Assembly (NCBI GenBank): GCA_964634755.1 | Contig: CAZWJH010000005.1 | Span: forward strand, 1-57,565 | Length of the DNA: 57,565 nucleotides | Source: an uncultured Clostridia bacterium | Lineage (GTDB): Bacteria; Acidobacteriota; Aminicenantia; JAMOAD01 | Direction of reading: 5' to 3' | Shown here: positions 38,677 to 49,819 of the stretch, piece after piece | Position numbering within the stretch: position 1 is the first letter of the stretch | Layout: each line of letters starts with the position of its first letter | Notes under the pieces: generated by a model | The model's database searches: none | Seen by the model: the letters and a program-made list of their open reading frames with translations, nothing else | Told to the model about the DNA's origin: nothing | Translations under genes and position numbers: made by a program

Positions 38677-40800
38677 TTAATCCACATACCCCAATGATTT
38701 TAAGTTTTTCTTAATTTTTTCAAGATTTTTTCTTCTCTGGGAAGCTGCTTTTTTATAGTAAAAGTTAAGTATTCTCTTTAATTCTCTGAATTCTTTTCTA
38801 TTTTTGTAAACAACATTATGTTTTTCATTAGGGTCATTTTTTAAATCATACATTTCGTATTTTGGAAGATTTGGAGGATTACTAAATTTCCTTTTATCAA
38901 TTTTCACGTTATAAATAAGTTTGTATCCATCTTTTAAAACTCCTATCCTGAATGGAAAAGATAAGAGAGAATATTCGGGAGATGTTGAAAATACTATAAA
39001 ATCTTCTTTCCTTCTATCCCAATTTTTGTAAGGTTTTAACTTTAATGCTTTGGTAATAATAAATGTGATTTTTTTCAGTGATATGGGAGAAATCTTCTCT
39101 CCTCTCTCTTTTTCATTAAATTCTTTTACTATTAAAGGAACTCTTACCTCTTCCTGATAAAGAGAATATCCGTGCTCCCAGCTTCCGTGCTCATAAAACT
39201 GCTCACCATGATCTCCGAAAATTATTATCATTGTATTATCATAAAAGTTATTTTTCTTTAAGAATTTAACCAATGGTTTTAGAAAATCCTGATCAATTGC
39301 TAATATTTCCTCTTCATAGAGAATTTTAGCCTTTTTTCTTATTTTGTCGGGAAGAGGGGAGAATGTTCCTCTAACACCCTTTGTCATTGAAAACATATCA
39401 ATGACTCCTTCAGCCCCTAAAATTGAATACCTTTTGGGAGGCATGTAGGGGGAGTGTGCCTGATATGTATGAAGAAAGATGAATGTATTTTTACCTTTAT
39501 TCAGCTCTATATATGTTTTTGCTCTATTGTAAAGAACTTTTCCAGCCTCTCTATTGAAAAGGTTAAAATTATCATCAAGATAGCTTGTAAAACCCCTTGC
39601 GAATCCAAGACCTGATGAGACAAGGTTTCCTCCCGTTAGTGCTATTGTGTAAAAACCCTTTTTTTGCAGAAGCTCTGCAACAGAAAGCTCTTTTTTGTCC
39701 CAGCTATATGTAGAGAAAAATACTGATCTATGGGCTTCTGTTGTCCAGGGATGCGTTGTATATGCATTTGTGTAATAAAGACAATCAGAAATTGCCCATT
39801 TTTTTAAAAAAGGGGAAGTTTTTAGCCCTTTTCTGTATAAGGAAAGGCTTTCAGCTCTCACTGTATCAAGGGAAATAAGAATAATGAGTTTTCTTTCTTT
39901 TTGAGGTGTGTAAAGATAAGGTGCTCCCCAGAAACTTATATCTCCTATTGTATTTTTACCTTTTGAGGTTTTTAAAATAAGTGTATCTCCATTTTCCGGG
40001 ATTTCAATATCAAAATACTTTATCGCATTTGTAATTCTTTTCTCAAAAATTTTCTTCTCTCCGGTTTTACTTTTTAAAATTATTGAAAATACCGTCCCAT
40101 CTCCGATTTTATCAAAAAAGTCTGACTCATTAAGAGAATTGAGTGATCCGGCATAAAAGCTAAGTCTCATCCCTTTCTTAAATTTGTTTTTTATCTTTAA
40201 TGATGTGAATTTTGATGACAAATAGTGTGCTTCGTATGCTGTTTTGTTTACCTTGATGTAAGAATAGTTTTTTAAAAAGTCAAACTTTTTGTCCCACTCC
40301 TCAGAATTAAATTTATCCTGAAGGATAATCTTTTCATTCGGAGAAATTTTTAAAGATTTTGTAATTTTTTCTTTAACTTCAAAAAGATTATCATCTTTTT
40401 TTATTAAGATTCTTACGAAATTTTCTTCCTTAAATTTTTTCTCCATTTTCGAGTAAAATGGTTTCAGCTTAAAATTCGGAGACACAAAGGCAACTATTTT
40501 TCCCTTGAGAACTTTAATTTTCACATTTTTTTCATCCGGAAAAAAATGGAGAAATTTCCCGTTTATTATTAGCTTTTTCCTATTTATCTCTATTTCAGCA
40601 TTAACTCCTCTCAGAAACAGACCTCCTTTGATTTTCCCTGAAAAGGGTAAATTAAGGTTTTCCATTTCTTTTTTAGCTGTGAAAATGTTTGTGTTTGCTG
40701 GTTTAAGAAGATAAACTCCACTCTGTTCTTCATTTTTTTGATGAAATATAATAATTATGGTGATAATTAAACTTAAAATTATTATTAATATCTTTTTCAT
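38677..40800 (-). CDS. Membrane-anchored sulfatase-like (alkaline phosphatase superfamily) protein with Thr at the nucleophile position
   Basis: ILISLDTVRA, HPWTTEAH, HTYQAHSPY, GDHGE, EHGYSLY, LYDL..DPNE; N-terminal anchor plus ~300-aa unknown domain. Confidence 0.75.
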   Translation of the reverse strand: MKKILIIILSLIITIIIIFHQKNEEQSGVYLLKPANTNIFTAKKEMENLNLPFSGKIKGGLFLRGVNAEIEINRKKLIINGKFLHFFPDEKNVKIKVLKGKIVAFVSPNFKLKPFYSKMEKKFKEENFVRILIKKDDNLFEVKEKITKSLKISPNEKIILQDKFNSEEWDKKFDFLKNYSYIKVNKTAYEAHYLSSKFTSLKIKNKFKKGMRLSFYAGSLNSLNESDFFDKIGDGTVFSIILKSKTGEKKIFEKRITNAIKYFDIEIPENGDTLILKTSKGKNTIGDISFWGAPYLYTPQKERKLIILISLDTVRAESLSLYRKGLKTSPFLKKWAISDCLYYTNAYTTHPWTTEAHRSVFFSTYSWDKKELSVAELLQKKGFYTIALTGGNLVSSGLGFARGFTSYLDDNFNLFNREAGKVLYNRAKTYIELNKGKNTFIFLHTYQAHSPYMPPKRYSILGAEGVIDMFSMTKGVRGTFSPLPDKIRKKAKILYEEEILAIDQDFLKPLVKFLKKNNFYDNTMIIIFGDHGEQFYEHGSWEHGYSLYQEEVRVPLIVKEFNEKERGEKISPISLKKITFIITKALKLKPYKNWDRRKEDFIVFSTSPEYSLLSFPFRIGVLKDGYKLIYNVKIDKRKFSNPPNLPKYEMYDLKNDPNEKHNVVYKNRKEFRELKRILNFYYKKAASQRRKNLEKIKKNLKSLGYVD

Positions 40801-40821
40801 TACAAATTATATCACAGGTTT

Positions 40822-41463
40822 TCAGTTTTCAATTGAATAGGAAACTGAAATATCTTTCAAAGAAATGCTTTTTTCTTTTATTTCCCCGTAAATGTAAGAG
40901 TCAGAAAACTCTCCTGAAATCGGATCTATTGCAAACCAACCATTGTTCGGGAAAAAGACTTCTATCCAGCTGTGTTTCTGTAGAATATTTTTTTTATCAA
41001 AAAAATAAAATCCCGACACTTTTTTTACTATAACCCCGCCTCTTTTCAAAAGCACATATGCTAAATTAGTATAACCTGTACAAAAAGCTGTGCCTCTTTT
41101 CAGAACCGTTATTGGGTCCTGTGGAGCTTTGCTCTCATCATATTTAAGATTGCCTTTTAAAAAGAGCAAAACATTTTTAACATAAGATGTATATGAATCT
41201 GATGAATGATAAATTCTTTTGGCAAGGGAGCTGAGTTTATCATTCTCCTTGAATTTTGGGAATAAGAATCCTCTGGATACATAGGGAAGTTTTTTAAATA
41301 AATATCTTATGTCTATTCTTATATCATTTTTCTCTTTTATTATTCTTACACTCTGGGAAAAATTTTCTATCCTATAATCATAAAAATTTATTTTATTATT
41401 TATCGGAATAAAGAAACTAATCTGCCTGAAAATAAAAAAAAGCAAAAACAGATGCTTTATCAA
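40822..41463 (-). CDS. Transglutaminase-like superfamily protein
   Basis: Cys-His-Asp triad: AFCTGY, HSWIEVF, WFAIDP. Confidence 0.8.
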   Translation of the reverse strand: MIKHLFLLFFIFRQISFFIPINNKINFYDYRIENFSQSVRIIKEKNDIRIDIRYLFKKLPYVSRGFLFPKFKENDKLSSLAKRIYHSSDSYTSYVKNVLLFLKGNLKYDESKAPQDPITVLKRGTAFCTGYTNLAYVLLKRGGVIVKKVSGFYFFDKKNILQKHSWIEVFFPNNGWFAIDPISGEFSDSYIYGEIKEKSISLKDISVSYSIEN

Positions 41464-41882
41464 TTTAGCTCTTTTCTTAAATTTTTGTTTATGGAATCAA
41501 GTATGCCATTAATAAATTTTGGTGAGGTATCTGTTCCATAAAGTTTTGCTATTTCAACCGCTTCATCTATTACCACAGGTATGGGAGTCTCCTTTTTAAA
41601 CATCAGTTCATAAACAGCAATTCTTAAAATGTTCTTATCAACTCTGAACATTCTTTGCAGATTCCAGTTCTTTGACACCTTTTCAATGCTTTTGTCTATT
41701 AATTCTAAGTTATTTACCACTCCTTTCACTAACTCTTTGGTGTATTCCCTGACTTTTCTATCTTTTGTGGTGGAAAGATTTTCCCAAAAGCATTTCATTA
41801 TCTCATCAATCTCGTCATGGGTGGAATCATACTCAAAAAGTATTTTTAATGCCTCTTCTCTGGCTTTTCTTCTTCTTCCCAT
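41460..41882 (-). CDS. nusB: Transcription antitermination factor NusB
   Basis: RRRKARE.A, NWNLQRM..VDKNILR, VVIDEAVEIAK.YG, FINGILD. Confidence 0.95.
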   Translation of the reverse strand: MGRRRKAREEALKILFEYDSTHDEIDEIMKCFWENLSTTKDRKVREYTKELVKGVVNNLELIDKSIEKVSKNWNLQRMFRVDKNILRIAVYELMFKKETPIPVVIDEAVEIAKLYGTDTSPKFINGILDSINKNLRKELN

Positions 41883-41916
41883 CTATCTCTGATTAAATCC
41901 TTTTACTGAGATTTTC

Positions 41917-42399
41917 TTAAATTTCCTTGTAAAGGTTTATCATTTCTATAAGAGCCATTGCGGATTCAAACCCTTTGTTACCCATCTTTGTGCCTGCTCT
42001 ATCGGTTGCCTGATCAATCGTATCCGCTGTTATTATTCCGTAAGTTATAGGGATAGGGGAATTTATCCCAACGCTTGCTATTCCTTTGGTTGTTTCAGCT
42101 GCTATGTAATCAAAATGGGGGGTTTCTCCTCGGATAATAACTCCGAGGGTCAAAATACCATCAAATTTTTCATTTTTGTTATTCCCTTCATTATTTTTAA
42201 CAAGTTTTTTCAACAAAAGCGGTATTTCAAAAGATCCGGGAACTTTGTAAACCGTGATATTATTTTCACTACCTCCCGTCCTTTTTATTGCATCAACGGC
42301 CCCTTCAAGAAGTCTTCCGGAAAAAAAATTATTAAATCTTGATATTACTATTGCTATTTTCAGCCCTTTAGAGCTGAGTTTTCCCTCTTTTACTTTCAT
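41917..42399 (-). CDS. ribH: 6,7-dimethyl-8-ribityllumazine synthase
   Basis: SRFN, VPGSFEIP, GVIIRGETPHFDY, RAGTKMGNKG. Confidence 0.96.
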   Translation of the reverse strand: MKVKEGKLSSKGLKIAIVISRFNNFFSGRLLEGAVDAIKRTGGSENNITVYKVPGSFEIPLLLKKLVKNNEGNNKNEKFDGILTLGVIIRGETPHFDYIAAETTKGIASVGINSPIPITYGIITADTIDQATDRAGTKMGNKGFESAMALIEMINLYKEI

Positions 42400-43589
42400 T
42401 ATCCCTCCATGACTTTTTTAAGTTTTTCCAATGCCCAATCTATTTCCTCCTTTGTAATTATAAGAGGTGGTGCAAATCTGATTACCATTTCATGGGTCTC
42501 TTTGCACAAAAGCCCATTTTCCATTAATTTTTCGGCATATGGTCTTGCGAGCTCTTTAAGCTCCATTCCTATAAGAAGCCCTTTTCCTCTAACCTCTTTT
42601 ATTACGGGATTATTGATTTTCCTTAATTCATTCATAAAATAATTTCCTAATTCATTTGCTTTTTCAGGTAAATTCTCATTCTCAAGTACCTCAAGAGCTG
42701 CTATACCAACAGCTGCACCCAGTGGGTTTCCTCCGAAAGTGGAGCCATGATCTCCGGGATTGAACACACCCAAAACTTCCTTTGTGGATACAACAGCTGA
42801 AACCGGCATCACACCTCCTCCGAGAGCCTTACCAAGAATAATCATATCAGGTCTTATGCTTTCCCACTCAAATGCAAATTTTTTACCGGTCCTTCCGAGT
42901 CCTGTTTGAATTTCGTCCAGTACAAGAAGAACATTATTTTTATCTGCTATCTCTCTTAGTTTCTTTAAGTATCCATCTTTAGGTATTATAATCCCTCCTT
43001 CTCCCTGAATAGGCTCAACCATGATTGCCACTGTGTTGGAAGTTATAGCTTTTTCAACTTCATCAGCATCTCCATACTTTACAATCTTAAATCCCGGTGT
43101 AAAAGGCCCGAATCCATCTCTATATTGCTCTTCGGTTGAAAAACTTATAATTGTGACTGTCCTTCCGTGAAAATTGTTTTCAGCAACGATTATTTCGGCT
43201 TTATCCTTTTCAACACCTTTTTTATAATAACCCCATTTTCTTACTGCTTTTATCGCAGTTTCCACTGCTTCTGCTCCTGTATTCATTGGAAGAGCCATCT
43301 CAAAACCCGAGAATTCGCAAATTTTTTTGAGAAAAAGAGGAAGCTGATCATTGTGGAATGCTCTTGATGTAAGAGTTACTTTGTCTAATTGTTTTTTTGC
43401 TATATCAATAATATAGGGATGTCTATGTCCCTGATTAAGAGCTGAATACGAAGAGAGCATATCCATGTATTTGTTCCCTTCAACATCCCATACCCAGACT
43501 CCTTCAGCTTTTGAAATAACTATTGGGAGCGGATGATAATTATGAGCACCGTATTCATCGTTAATTTTAATTAATTCCTTTGAATTCAT
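42399..43589 (-). CDS. rocD: Ornithine--oxo-acid aminotransferase
   Basis: [67 protein letters not shown]. Confidence 0.93.
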   Translation of the reverse strand: MNSKELIKINDEYGAHNYHPLPIVISKAEGVWVWDVEGNKYMDMLSSYSALNQGHRHPYIIDIAKKQLDKVTLTSRAFHNDQLPLFLKKICEFSGFEMALPMNTGAEAVETAIKAVRKWGYYKKGVEKDKAEIIVAENNFHGRTVTIISFSTEEQYRDGFGPFTPGFKIVKYGDADEVEKAITSNTVAIMVEPIQGEGGIIIPKDGYLKKLREIADKNNVLLVLDEIQTGLGRTGKKFAFEWESIRPDMIILGKALGGGVMPVSAVVSTKEVLGVFNPGDHGSTFGGNPLGAAVGIAALEVLENENLPEKANELGNYFMNELRKINNPVIKEVRGKGLLIGMELKELARPYAEKLMENGLLCKETHEMVIRFAPPLIITKEEIDWALEKLKKVMEG

Positions 43590-43652
43590 GATTCCTCCTT
43601 AAATTATTATAAAGTTAGTCAATTTTAAATTTTTAAACCCTTTTTGTCAACC

Positions 43653-45143
43653 CTAATTCGAACTTTTAATAAAAGCCTTTTCAGCATTTTCTATTTTTTC
43701 CTTAAAGTTCATATATACGCCTTTAAAGTACGTGTCCAGGAAAAAAAGAGCACTTTTTTTATTTTGCTTGTATAATGATAGGAAGGTTTTTTCAAATTGT
43801 GATTGAAAATTCAAAAGTTCCTCCTCAAAGTTTCCAAAAATCCTTTTGAGTACTTTTATCCTCTTGTAATAATCCTTTTCAACAAATCTTTCCATTTGGT
43901 TTACTCTTGTATAGATCAATTTATTTTTTGAGAAATAAGATTTTACAGGTGAAAAGTGAGATTTTACTATTGATTCATAATCATAGGGAGGTTTTTTAAA
44001 GGAAAAATCAGCAGGGAAATTTTTTATCCCGAAATATAAGGGAATAAAAAGCGATGTATCAGGTTTTCCGATAGATAACCATAAAAGAGAAGAAATTGGT
44101 TTTGGAAGATTGTTTCTTAATTGTGCAACTATTGAATATCTGGTTGTGTGAACGCAAATGGGCCTTTTGTTTTCATAGGTAGTGGGTGTGTTTGGTCCTC
44201 CCTTTTTCTTGCTTAAATCATATTTTGTCCCTTCAAAGTGATCTCTTAAAACTCTCATTAAATCTTTGGGTGATAATTTTTTTATTGGTTTTATTTCAAA
44301 GGGATAAATATCATCAACTTTGAATTTATTACCTCCAATTAATCTCAATGCACTCCATTGCCTATATGTATTATATGTGTTTTTTAGGTTCTCAGCATAA
44401 ACCTTGGCAAAGTCGAATTCTCCGTCTTTTTTCGGATTGTAAAGCCCTTGTTTTATTGCAAAAGAGATTATATCCTTTGATCCTAAAAATTTTTTAGTAT
44501 TGTTAAGGTCAATTTTATGGATATTATAATGATTGGGAATTATGGCGACTTTATCATCATCCACTCTTTCAGCAACCCAATGGTGACCTTTTACAACAGC
44601 AACCATCCATCCCTCATTACTATCTGCTATCGAATATGTTCTTCCTAATGAATCATAACCATACTTTTCTACAAATTCCCCCAACAGGAGAACTGCTTCT
44701 CTTGCAGAGCGAGCTCTCTCTGCGACAAGCATTCTTAACATATATGAAATTTCCCCTTCCTCATGAGCATTCTCTTTTGAGGCACAGCCGTTCGATACTA
44801 TTACAACTCCGCTTTCATTTAGAAAAGAATCTGCAAAATAAAGCTCGGGCATTTCAAACCAGATTAATTCCTGTGTCTGAGAAGAAACTTCAATTTTTTT
44901 CCCGTTTTTCAGAAAGGCAAAAGTGGGGAAGAGGAGTTTTCTTGGGAAAACTCTCATAATTTGCAAAAATTGATTTCCACCATCATCCTCATTATGAGCT
45001 AAAAGTACAGAGCCGTCCACTGTTGTATTTTTCCCGGCAATTATTGTGAAACAATTGCAAACACAATTTTGACTACTTGAAAAAACAGAGAGAGTGGAAA
45101 ATAAAAGCAAAAAGATAGTTAATATAATTCCTTTTTTTCTCAT
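43653..45143 (-). CDS. Exported C69-family dipeptidase (Ntn hydrolase)
   Basis: Signal peptide, then CFTIIAGKNTTVDGS.LLAHNED; ARSAREAV, DSNEGW. Confidence 0.85.
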   Translation of the reverse strand: MRKKGIILTIFLLLFSTLSVFSSSQNCVCNCFTIIAGKNTTVDGSVLLAHNEDDGGNQFLQIMRVFPRKLLFPTFAFLKNGKKIEVSSQTQELIWFEMPELYFADSFLNESGVVIVSNGCASKENAHEEGEISYMLRMLVAERARSAREAVLLLGEFVEKYGYDSLGRTYSIADSNEGWMVAVVKGHHWVAERVDDDKVAIIPNHYNIHKIDLNNTKKFLGSKDIISFAIKQGLYNPKKDGEFDFAKVYAENLKNTYNTYRQWSALRLIGGNKFKVDDIYPFEIKPIKKLSPKDLMRVLRDHFEGTKYDLSKKKGGPNTPTTYENKRPICVHTTRYSIVAQLRNNLPKPISSLLWLSIGKPDTSLFIPLYFGIKNFPADFSFKKPPYDYESIVKSHFSPVKSYFSKNKLIYTRVNQMERFVEKDYYKRIKVLKRIFGNFEEELLNFQSQFEKTFLSLYKQNKKSALFFLDTYFKGVYMNFKEKIENAEKAFIKSSN

Positions 45144-45219
45144 TTTTCAGCTCCTTTTAATCTTTATGATATTTTATTTTAGAACAAAAGAATTAAGTAT
45201 GCAAATAAAATCCCCCTTA

Positions 45220-45292
45220 AATAAAAAAGGGAGCCTTCTTTATAGCTCTTTTGCTGCCTCTTTACGAGGCCGAGGCTCCCTTTCTAAATTAT
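45220..45292 (-). ncRNA. Candidate ~70-nt structured RNA, or long-loop terminator of the fab-hppA operon
   Basis: 11-bp stem 45226-45236/45273-45283, inner GCCTC-GTAAA-GAGGC hairpin, U-tract; upstream TTGACA-16-TATATT. Confidence 0.4.
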
Positions 45293-45329
45293 ATACTAAT
45301 ATATAATTTTTTTTATTTTTGTCAAGTTT

Positions 45330-47522
45330 TTAAAAAATATGAAAGGCTACTGTAAGACCTGCCACAACAACAGAAACCATACTCATAAGTTTAATAAGGA
45401 TGTTTAAAGATGGCCCTGATGTATCTTTTAAAGGATCTCCGACAGTATCTCCGACAACTCCGGCTTTATGAGAAGCAGAGCCTTTTCCACCTAAATTTCC
45501 TTCCTCAATATATTTTTTAGCATTATCCCAACTTCCACCTGCATTTGCCATAAAGATTGCAAGAATAAAACCTGAGCTTAAAGCTCCTATCAGAAGTCCC
45601 ATCACTCCTGCAACACCGAAAATAATTCCCACAAAAATAGGAACCAATACTGCAGCGAGTGAAGGTGCCACCATTGATTTTTGTGCTCCTTTTGTTGAAA
45701 TAGCAACACAGGCCTGGTAATCAGGTTTTGCCTTACCTTCCATAATTCCCGGTATTTCTTTAAACTGTCTTCTAACTTCATCAACCATTTTCCCGGCAGC
45801 TTTACTTACAGCTTTTATTGTAAGGCCGGAAAAGAAAAATGCCATCATTGCGCCGATGAAGACTCCGGAAATTACCATAGGATTCATAAGATTTACTTTA
45901 AATATTCTCATAAAATCTGCAATAGTAAGATCATGTAAGAATTTAATAAGTTCAATTCCTTTTTGTTCTGCAAGTTTTGCAAGATCAGCAAAAACCCTTC
46001 CGTGTTCAACAGCTCTAATAAGGCCGGCTCTAACTTCTTCGACATAGGCTGCCAGAAGGGCAAGAGCTGTAAGAGCGGCTGAACCAATTGCGAATCCTTT
46101 TCCTGTAGCAGCTGTCGTGTTACCGAGCGCATCAAGTGCATCCGTGATTTTTCTAACCTCGGGAGGTAATTCTGCCATCTCAGCATTTCCACCTGCATTA
46201 TCTGCAACAGGGCCATAGGCATCTGTTGCAAGTGTAATACCAAGTGTTGAAAGCATTCCCACTGCTGCAACACCTATTCCGTAAAGTCCTTTAATCGGAG
46301 TTGAGAATCCGCCTGCAAAGGCAAAAGCTCCGACAATACCTGTTACGACTGCTAAAATTGGAATCGCAGTTGAAATCATTGCTTGAGACATTCCGGCTAA
46401 AATTGTTGTAGCTTCACCGGTTTTTGTTTGCTCTGCTACAAATATTGTAGGTTTATAACCTGATGATGTATAGTATTCTGTGGATTTTCCAATTACCAAT
46501 CCGACAATAAGCCCGATTACTACAGAACCAGCTATCCCCATATTTCCAGGGAGGAGTGTTTTAACTAAAAAGAAAACTCCAATTATAATAATAGCGGAAC
46601 TGAGGTAAATACCTCTATTTAAAGCATTTAAAAGATTTTTTTGAGAAGCATCCTCTTTAGCTTTAACTGCATATACACCGATTATAGAGGCGAGAATGCC
46701 CAATCCTGCAATTGTCATTGGTAAAACAACAGCATTAAAAGCAAGAGTCTTATTAGCTATGAAAGCTGCTGCTCCGAGAGCTGCAGAAGATAAAATTGAA
46801 CCGGTATATGATTCATAAAGATCTGCGCCCATCCCTGCAACATCCCCAACATTATCTCCAACATTGTCTGCAATTGTGGCAGGATTTCTTGGGTCATCTT
46901 CAGGAATTCCTGCTTCAACTTTTCCTACAAGGTCAGCTCCTACATCCGCAGCTTTGGTAAAAATACCTCCTCCGACTCTTGCAAAAAGAGCTTGAAGTGA
47001 TGCTCCCATTCCGAATGAAAGGAGAATAACAGTTGTTTCTCTTAGGCTATAATGCGCTCCAAAGTAAAGAGCACTAAACCAGATTGAAATATCAACAAGA
47101 CCCAATCCGACAACGGTGAGTCCCATAACTGCTCCAGCTCTAAAAGCAATTCTCAAAGCATCGTTTAAAGATTTTCTTGCTCCGTTTGCTGTTCTTGCTG
47201 AGGAATTTGTTGCTGTCATCATTCCGATATAACCGGAAAGAGCAGAGAAAAAACCTCCTGTTAAGAAAGCAAAAGGTGTCCATCCTGATTGAACATGGAG
47301 TCCGTAAGCCAGAAAGGCTAAAAATCCAGATGTTATTATAAAAAATATGGCAACAACTTTATACTGTTGTGATAGATAGGCCTTTGCTCCTGTTTTAACC
47401 GCATTAGCTATTTCTATCATTTTTTCCGTACCTTCATCTGCTTTCATAACATTTTTATAAAATATGAAAGCAAAAAGAAGGGCAACCACTGCGCTAATAG
47501 GTGCTACCCAAAAAATTCCCAT
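45330..47522 (-). CDS. hppA: Membrane-integral pyrophosphatase, K+-dependent, Na+(/H+)-translocating
   Basis: [46 protein letters not shown] (Ala = K+-dependent), [10 protein letters not shown]. Confidence 0.95.
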   Translation of the reverse strand: MGIFWVAPISAVVALLFAFIFYKNVMKADEGTEKMIEIANAVKTGAKAYLSQQYKVVAIFFIITSGFLAFLAYGLHVQSGWTPFAFLTGGFFSALSGYIGMMTATNSSARTANGARKSLNDALRIAFRAGAVMGLTVVGLGLVDISIWFSALYFGAHYSLRETTVILLSFGMGASLQALFARVGGGIFTKAADVGADLVGKVEAGIPEDDPRNPATIADNVGDNVGDVAGMGADLYESYTGSILSSAALGAAAFIANKTLAFNAVVLPMTIAGLGILASIIGVYAVKAKEDASQKNLLNALNRGIYLSSAIIIIGVFFLVKTLLPGNMGIAGSVVIGLIVGLVIGKSTEYYTSSGYKPTIFVAEQTKTGEATTILAGMSQAMISTAIPILAVVTGIVGAFAFAGGFSTPIKGLYGIGVAAVGMLSTLGITLATDAYGPVADNAGGNAEMAELPPEVRKITDALDALGNTTAATGKGFAIGSAALTALALLAAYVEEVRAGLIRAVEHGRVFADLAKLAEQKGIELIKFLHDLTIADFMRIFKVNLMNPMVISGVFIGAMMAFFFSGLTIKAVSKAAGKMVDEVRRQFKEIPGIMEGKAKPDYQACVAISTKGAQKSMVAPSLAAVLVPIFVGIIFGVAGVMGLLIGALSSGFILAIFMANAGGSWDNAKKYIEEGNLGGKGSASHKAGVVGDTVGDPLKDTSGPSLNILIKLMSMVSVVVAGLTVAFHIF

Positions 47523-47523
47523 C

Positions 47524-48795
47524 TCAATCCTCCTCTCTTATATTTTTAAAGACCAAAGTAGCATTTGTTCCACCAAATCCGAAAGAATTGCTCATTGCAT
47601 ATTTTATCTTTTTCTTTATGCTGTTATTCGGAGTATAATTCAAATCGCACTCAGGGTCAGAGTTTTCGTAGTTGATAGTGGGAGGTATAATATCATCTCT
47701 CATAGCAAGGAGAGAAAAAGCTGCTTCTATTGCACCGGCAGAACCCAATAGATGACCTGTCATGGATTTTGTTGATGAAATATTCACTTCATAAGCATAA
47801 TCTCCGAAAACCTTTTTTATAGCCATTGTTTCAGTTTTGTCATTCAAAACAGTTGAAGTGCCATGTGCATTAATGTAGTCAATCTCTTCGGGTTTTAACC
47901 CAGCATCTTTTAATGCTTCTGACATACACCTTGCAGCTCCCGAACCGTCAGGTGCAGGAGATGTTTGGTGGTAAGCATCAGAGCTCATTCCAAACCCTAT
48001 TATTTCTCCGTATATTTTAGCTCCTCTCTTTTTCGCTCTTTCATATTCTTCAAGAATAAGAACTGTAGAGCCCTCAGCTATTACAAACCCGTCTCTCTGT
48101 GCATCAAATGGTCTTGAAGCTTTTTCGGGCTCATCATTCCTTCGGGATAAGGCTCTCATTATGTCAAATCCGCCTATGGCAAGAGGTGTTATGGGAGCTT
48201 CCGAACCTCCTGTAATCATTATGTCAGCATAACCTGTTTGAATTATCCTGAAAGCTTCTCCTATTGAGTGGGTAGAAGTAGCGCATGCTGTGACTGTGGA
48301 AAGATTGGGGCCTTTTGCTTGGTATATCATAGACAATATTCCCGAGGCCATATTAATTATTGCCCCGGGAATAAAAAAAGGTTGAATTTTTCTGTGTCCT
48401 TTTTCCATCAGGATATTCTGATTCTTAGCAATCATTCCAATACCACCTATCCCTGAACCTATTGCAACTCCTGTTCTGTCCTGTTCATTCTCACTAAGTT
48501 CTTTTAATCCTGAATCTTCCCAGGCAATTTTTGCAGCTGCCACAGCATAGTGAATAAATTCATCATTCCTACGGATAACTCTATTGTCCATATATTTCGT
48601 AGGATCAAAATTTTTGATTTCTCCTGCAATTTGAGAGCCAAGATCCGTAGTATCAAATTTCGTTACCTTTCCTATTCCGCTTTTACCCTTTTTAACATTT
48701 TCCCATGGCTCTTCAAGACCGATGCCAACCGGTGAGACTATACCGATACCTATGACAACAACTCTTCTAAGTTTTAAAACTTTTTCTTTTGACAT
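47524..48795 (-). CDS. fabF: 3-oxoacyl-ACP synthase II
   Basis: TACAT (Cys), [33 protein letters not shown]. Confidence 0.96.
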   Translation of the reverse strand: MSKEKVLKLRRVVVIGIGIVSPVGIGLEEPWENVKKGKSGIGKVTKFDTTDLGSQIAGEIKNFDPTKYMDNRVIRRNDEFIHYAVAAAKIAWEDSGLKELSENEQDRTGVAIGSGIGGIGMIAKNQNILMEKGHRKIQPFFIPGAIINMASGILSMIYQAKGPNLSTVTACATSTHSIGEAFRIIQTGYADIMITGGSEAPITPLAIGGFDIMRALSRRNDEPEKASRPFDAQRDGFVIAEGSTVLILEEYERAKKRGAKIYGEIIGFGMSSDAYHQTSPAPDGSGAARCMSEALKDAGLKPEEIDYINAHGTSTVLNDKTETMAIKKVFGDYAYEVNISSTKSMTGHLLGSAGAIEAAFSLLAMRDDIIPPTINYENSDPECDLNYTPNNSIKKKIKYAMSNSFGFGGTNATLVFKNIREED

Positions 48796-48821
48796 AACAA
48801 ATTTTTGTTTTACAGAATATC

Positions 48822-49064
48822 TTATGATTTTTTCTCTGCTATATAATTAACAAGTTCTCCCACTGTTATTATTTTGTCAAGATCTTCATCGGGAATTCTA
48901 ATGTCAAACATATCCTCTACATCCTGAAGTAATGTGGAAACATCTAAAGAATCAAATCCCAAATCCTCTAAAAAAGTTGCATCATTTGTGATCTGGCTTT
49001 CTTCAATCTTGAACTCATCCGTAATAAAATTTTTGATCTTTGCTAAAATTTCTTCCTTTGTCAT
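48822..49064 (-). CDS. acpP: Acyl carrier protein
   Basis: DLGFDSLD phosphopantetheine site, IPDED, TVGE. Confidence 0.95.
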   Translation of the reverse strand: MTKEEILAKIKNFITDEFKIEESQITNDATFLEDLGFDSLDVSTLLQDVEDMFDIRIPDEDLDKIITVGELVNYIAEKKS

Positions 49065-49084
49065 TCTTTTCCTCCTTAAATTTT

Positions 49085-49819
49085 TTAGATATAAAGACCA
49101 CCTGAAACATTTATTGTTTCACCTGTTATATAATCTGCATCTTTTGAAATCAAAAATCTTACCACATTTGCAATATCTTCCGGCTTTCCGAATCTTTTAA
49201 GTGGTATAGCTTTGATGTATTCTGCCTTAACTTTTTCGGGAAGTTTGGCTGTCATATCTGTTTCAATGAATCCAGGAGCAATTACATTTGCTGTAATCCC
49301 TTTAGCTCCGTACTCTTTTGCGATAGATTTTGTAAACCCTATAATTCCGCTCTTTGAGGCAGCATAATTACTCTGACCTGCGTTTCCCATCAATCCAACT
49401 ATTGAGCTAATGTTAACTATTTTGCCTGATCTCTGTTTTGCCATATAAGGAATTGTATGCTTTGTGAAATTAAAAACTCCTTTAAGATTAATTGCTATGA
49501 CACTATCCCAATCTTCTTCTCGCATTCTGAGGAGAAGAGTATCTCTGGTGATTCCAGCATTATTAATAAGATAATCTATTTTTCCGTATTTTTCAAAGAC
49601 ATTTTTTACAACATTTCCAACTTCCTCAAAATTCGAAACATCACAAGGGAACACAGAATGAGAATCTGAATTGAGAAGATCCTTTTTAAGTTTCTCCAAA
49701 CTTTCTTCACTTCTTGATACCAGAGCAAGAGAGATTCCCTCATTTGCCAGAGCAATTGCAATACTTTTTCCTATCCCTCTTGATGCTCCCGTGATTATTG
49801 CTACCCTCTTATTCTCCAA
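49085..49819 (-). CDS. fabG: 3-oxoacyl-ACP reductase
   Basis: TGASRGIG, NNAGITRD, GNAGQSNYAASK, APGFIETDMT. Confidence 0.96.
   Translation of the reverse strand: MENKRVAIITGASRGIGKSIAIALANEGISLALVSRSEESLEKLKKDLLNSDSHSVFPCDVSNFEEVGNVVKNVFEKYGKIDYLINNAGITRDTLLLRMREEDWDSVIAINLKGVFNFTKHTIPYMAKQRSGKIVNISSIVGLMGNAGQSNYAASKSGIIGFTKSIAKEYGAKGITANVIAPGFIETDMTAKLPEKVKAEYIKAIPLKRFGKPEDIANVVRFLISKDADYITGETINVSGGLYI

Noticed and set aside
45220-45292. SRP (4.5S) RNA or c-di-GMP-I riboswitch identity for the structured element
   Set aside because: The GCAGC resemblance is superficial. The SRP CAGG/AGCA symmetric loop and GNRA tetraloop are absent (CGGC, pentaloop), and the riboswitch GCAAA/P2 module is missing.
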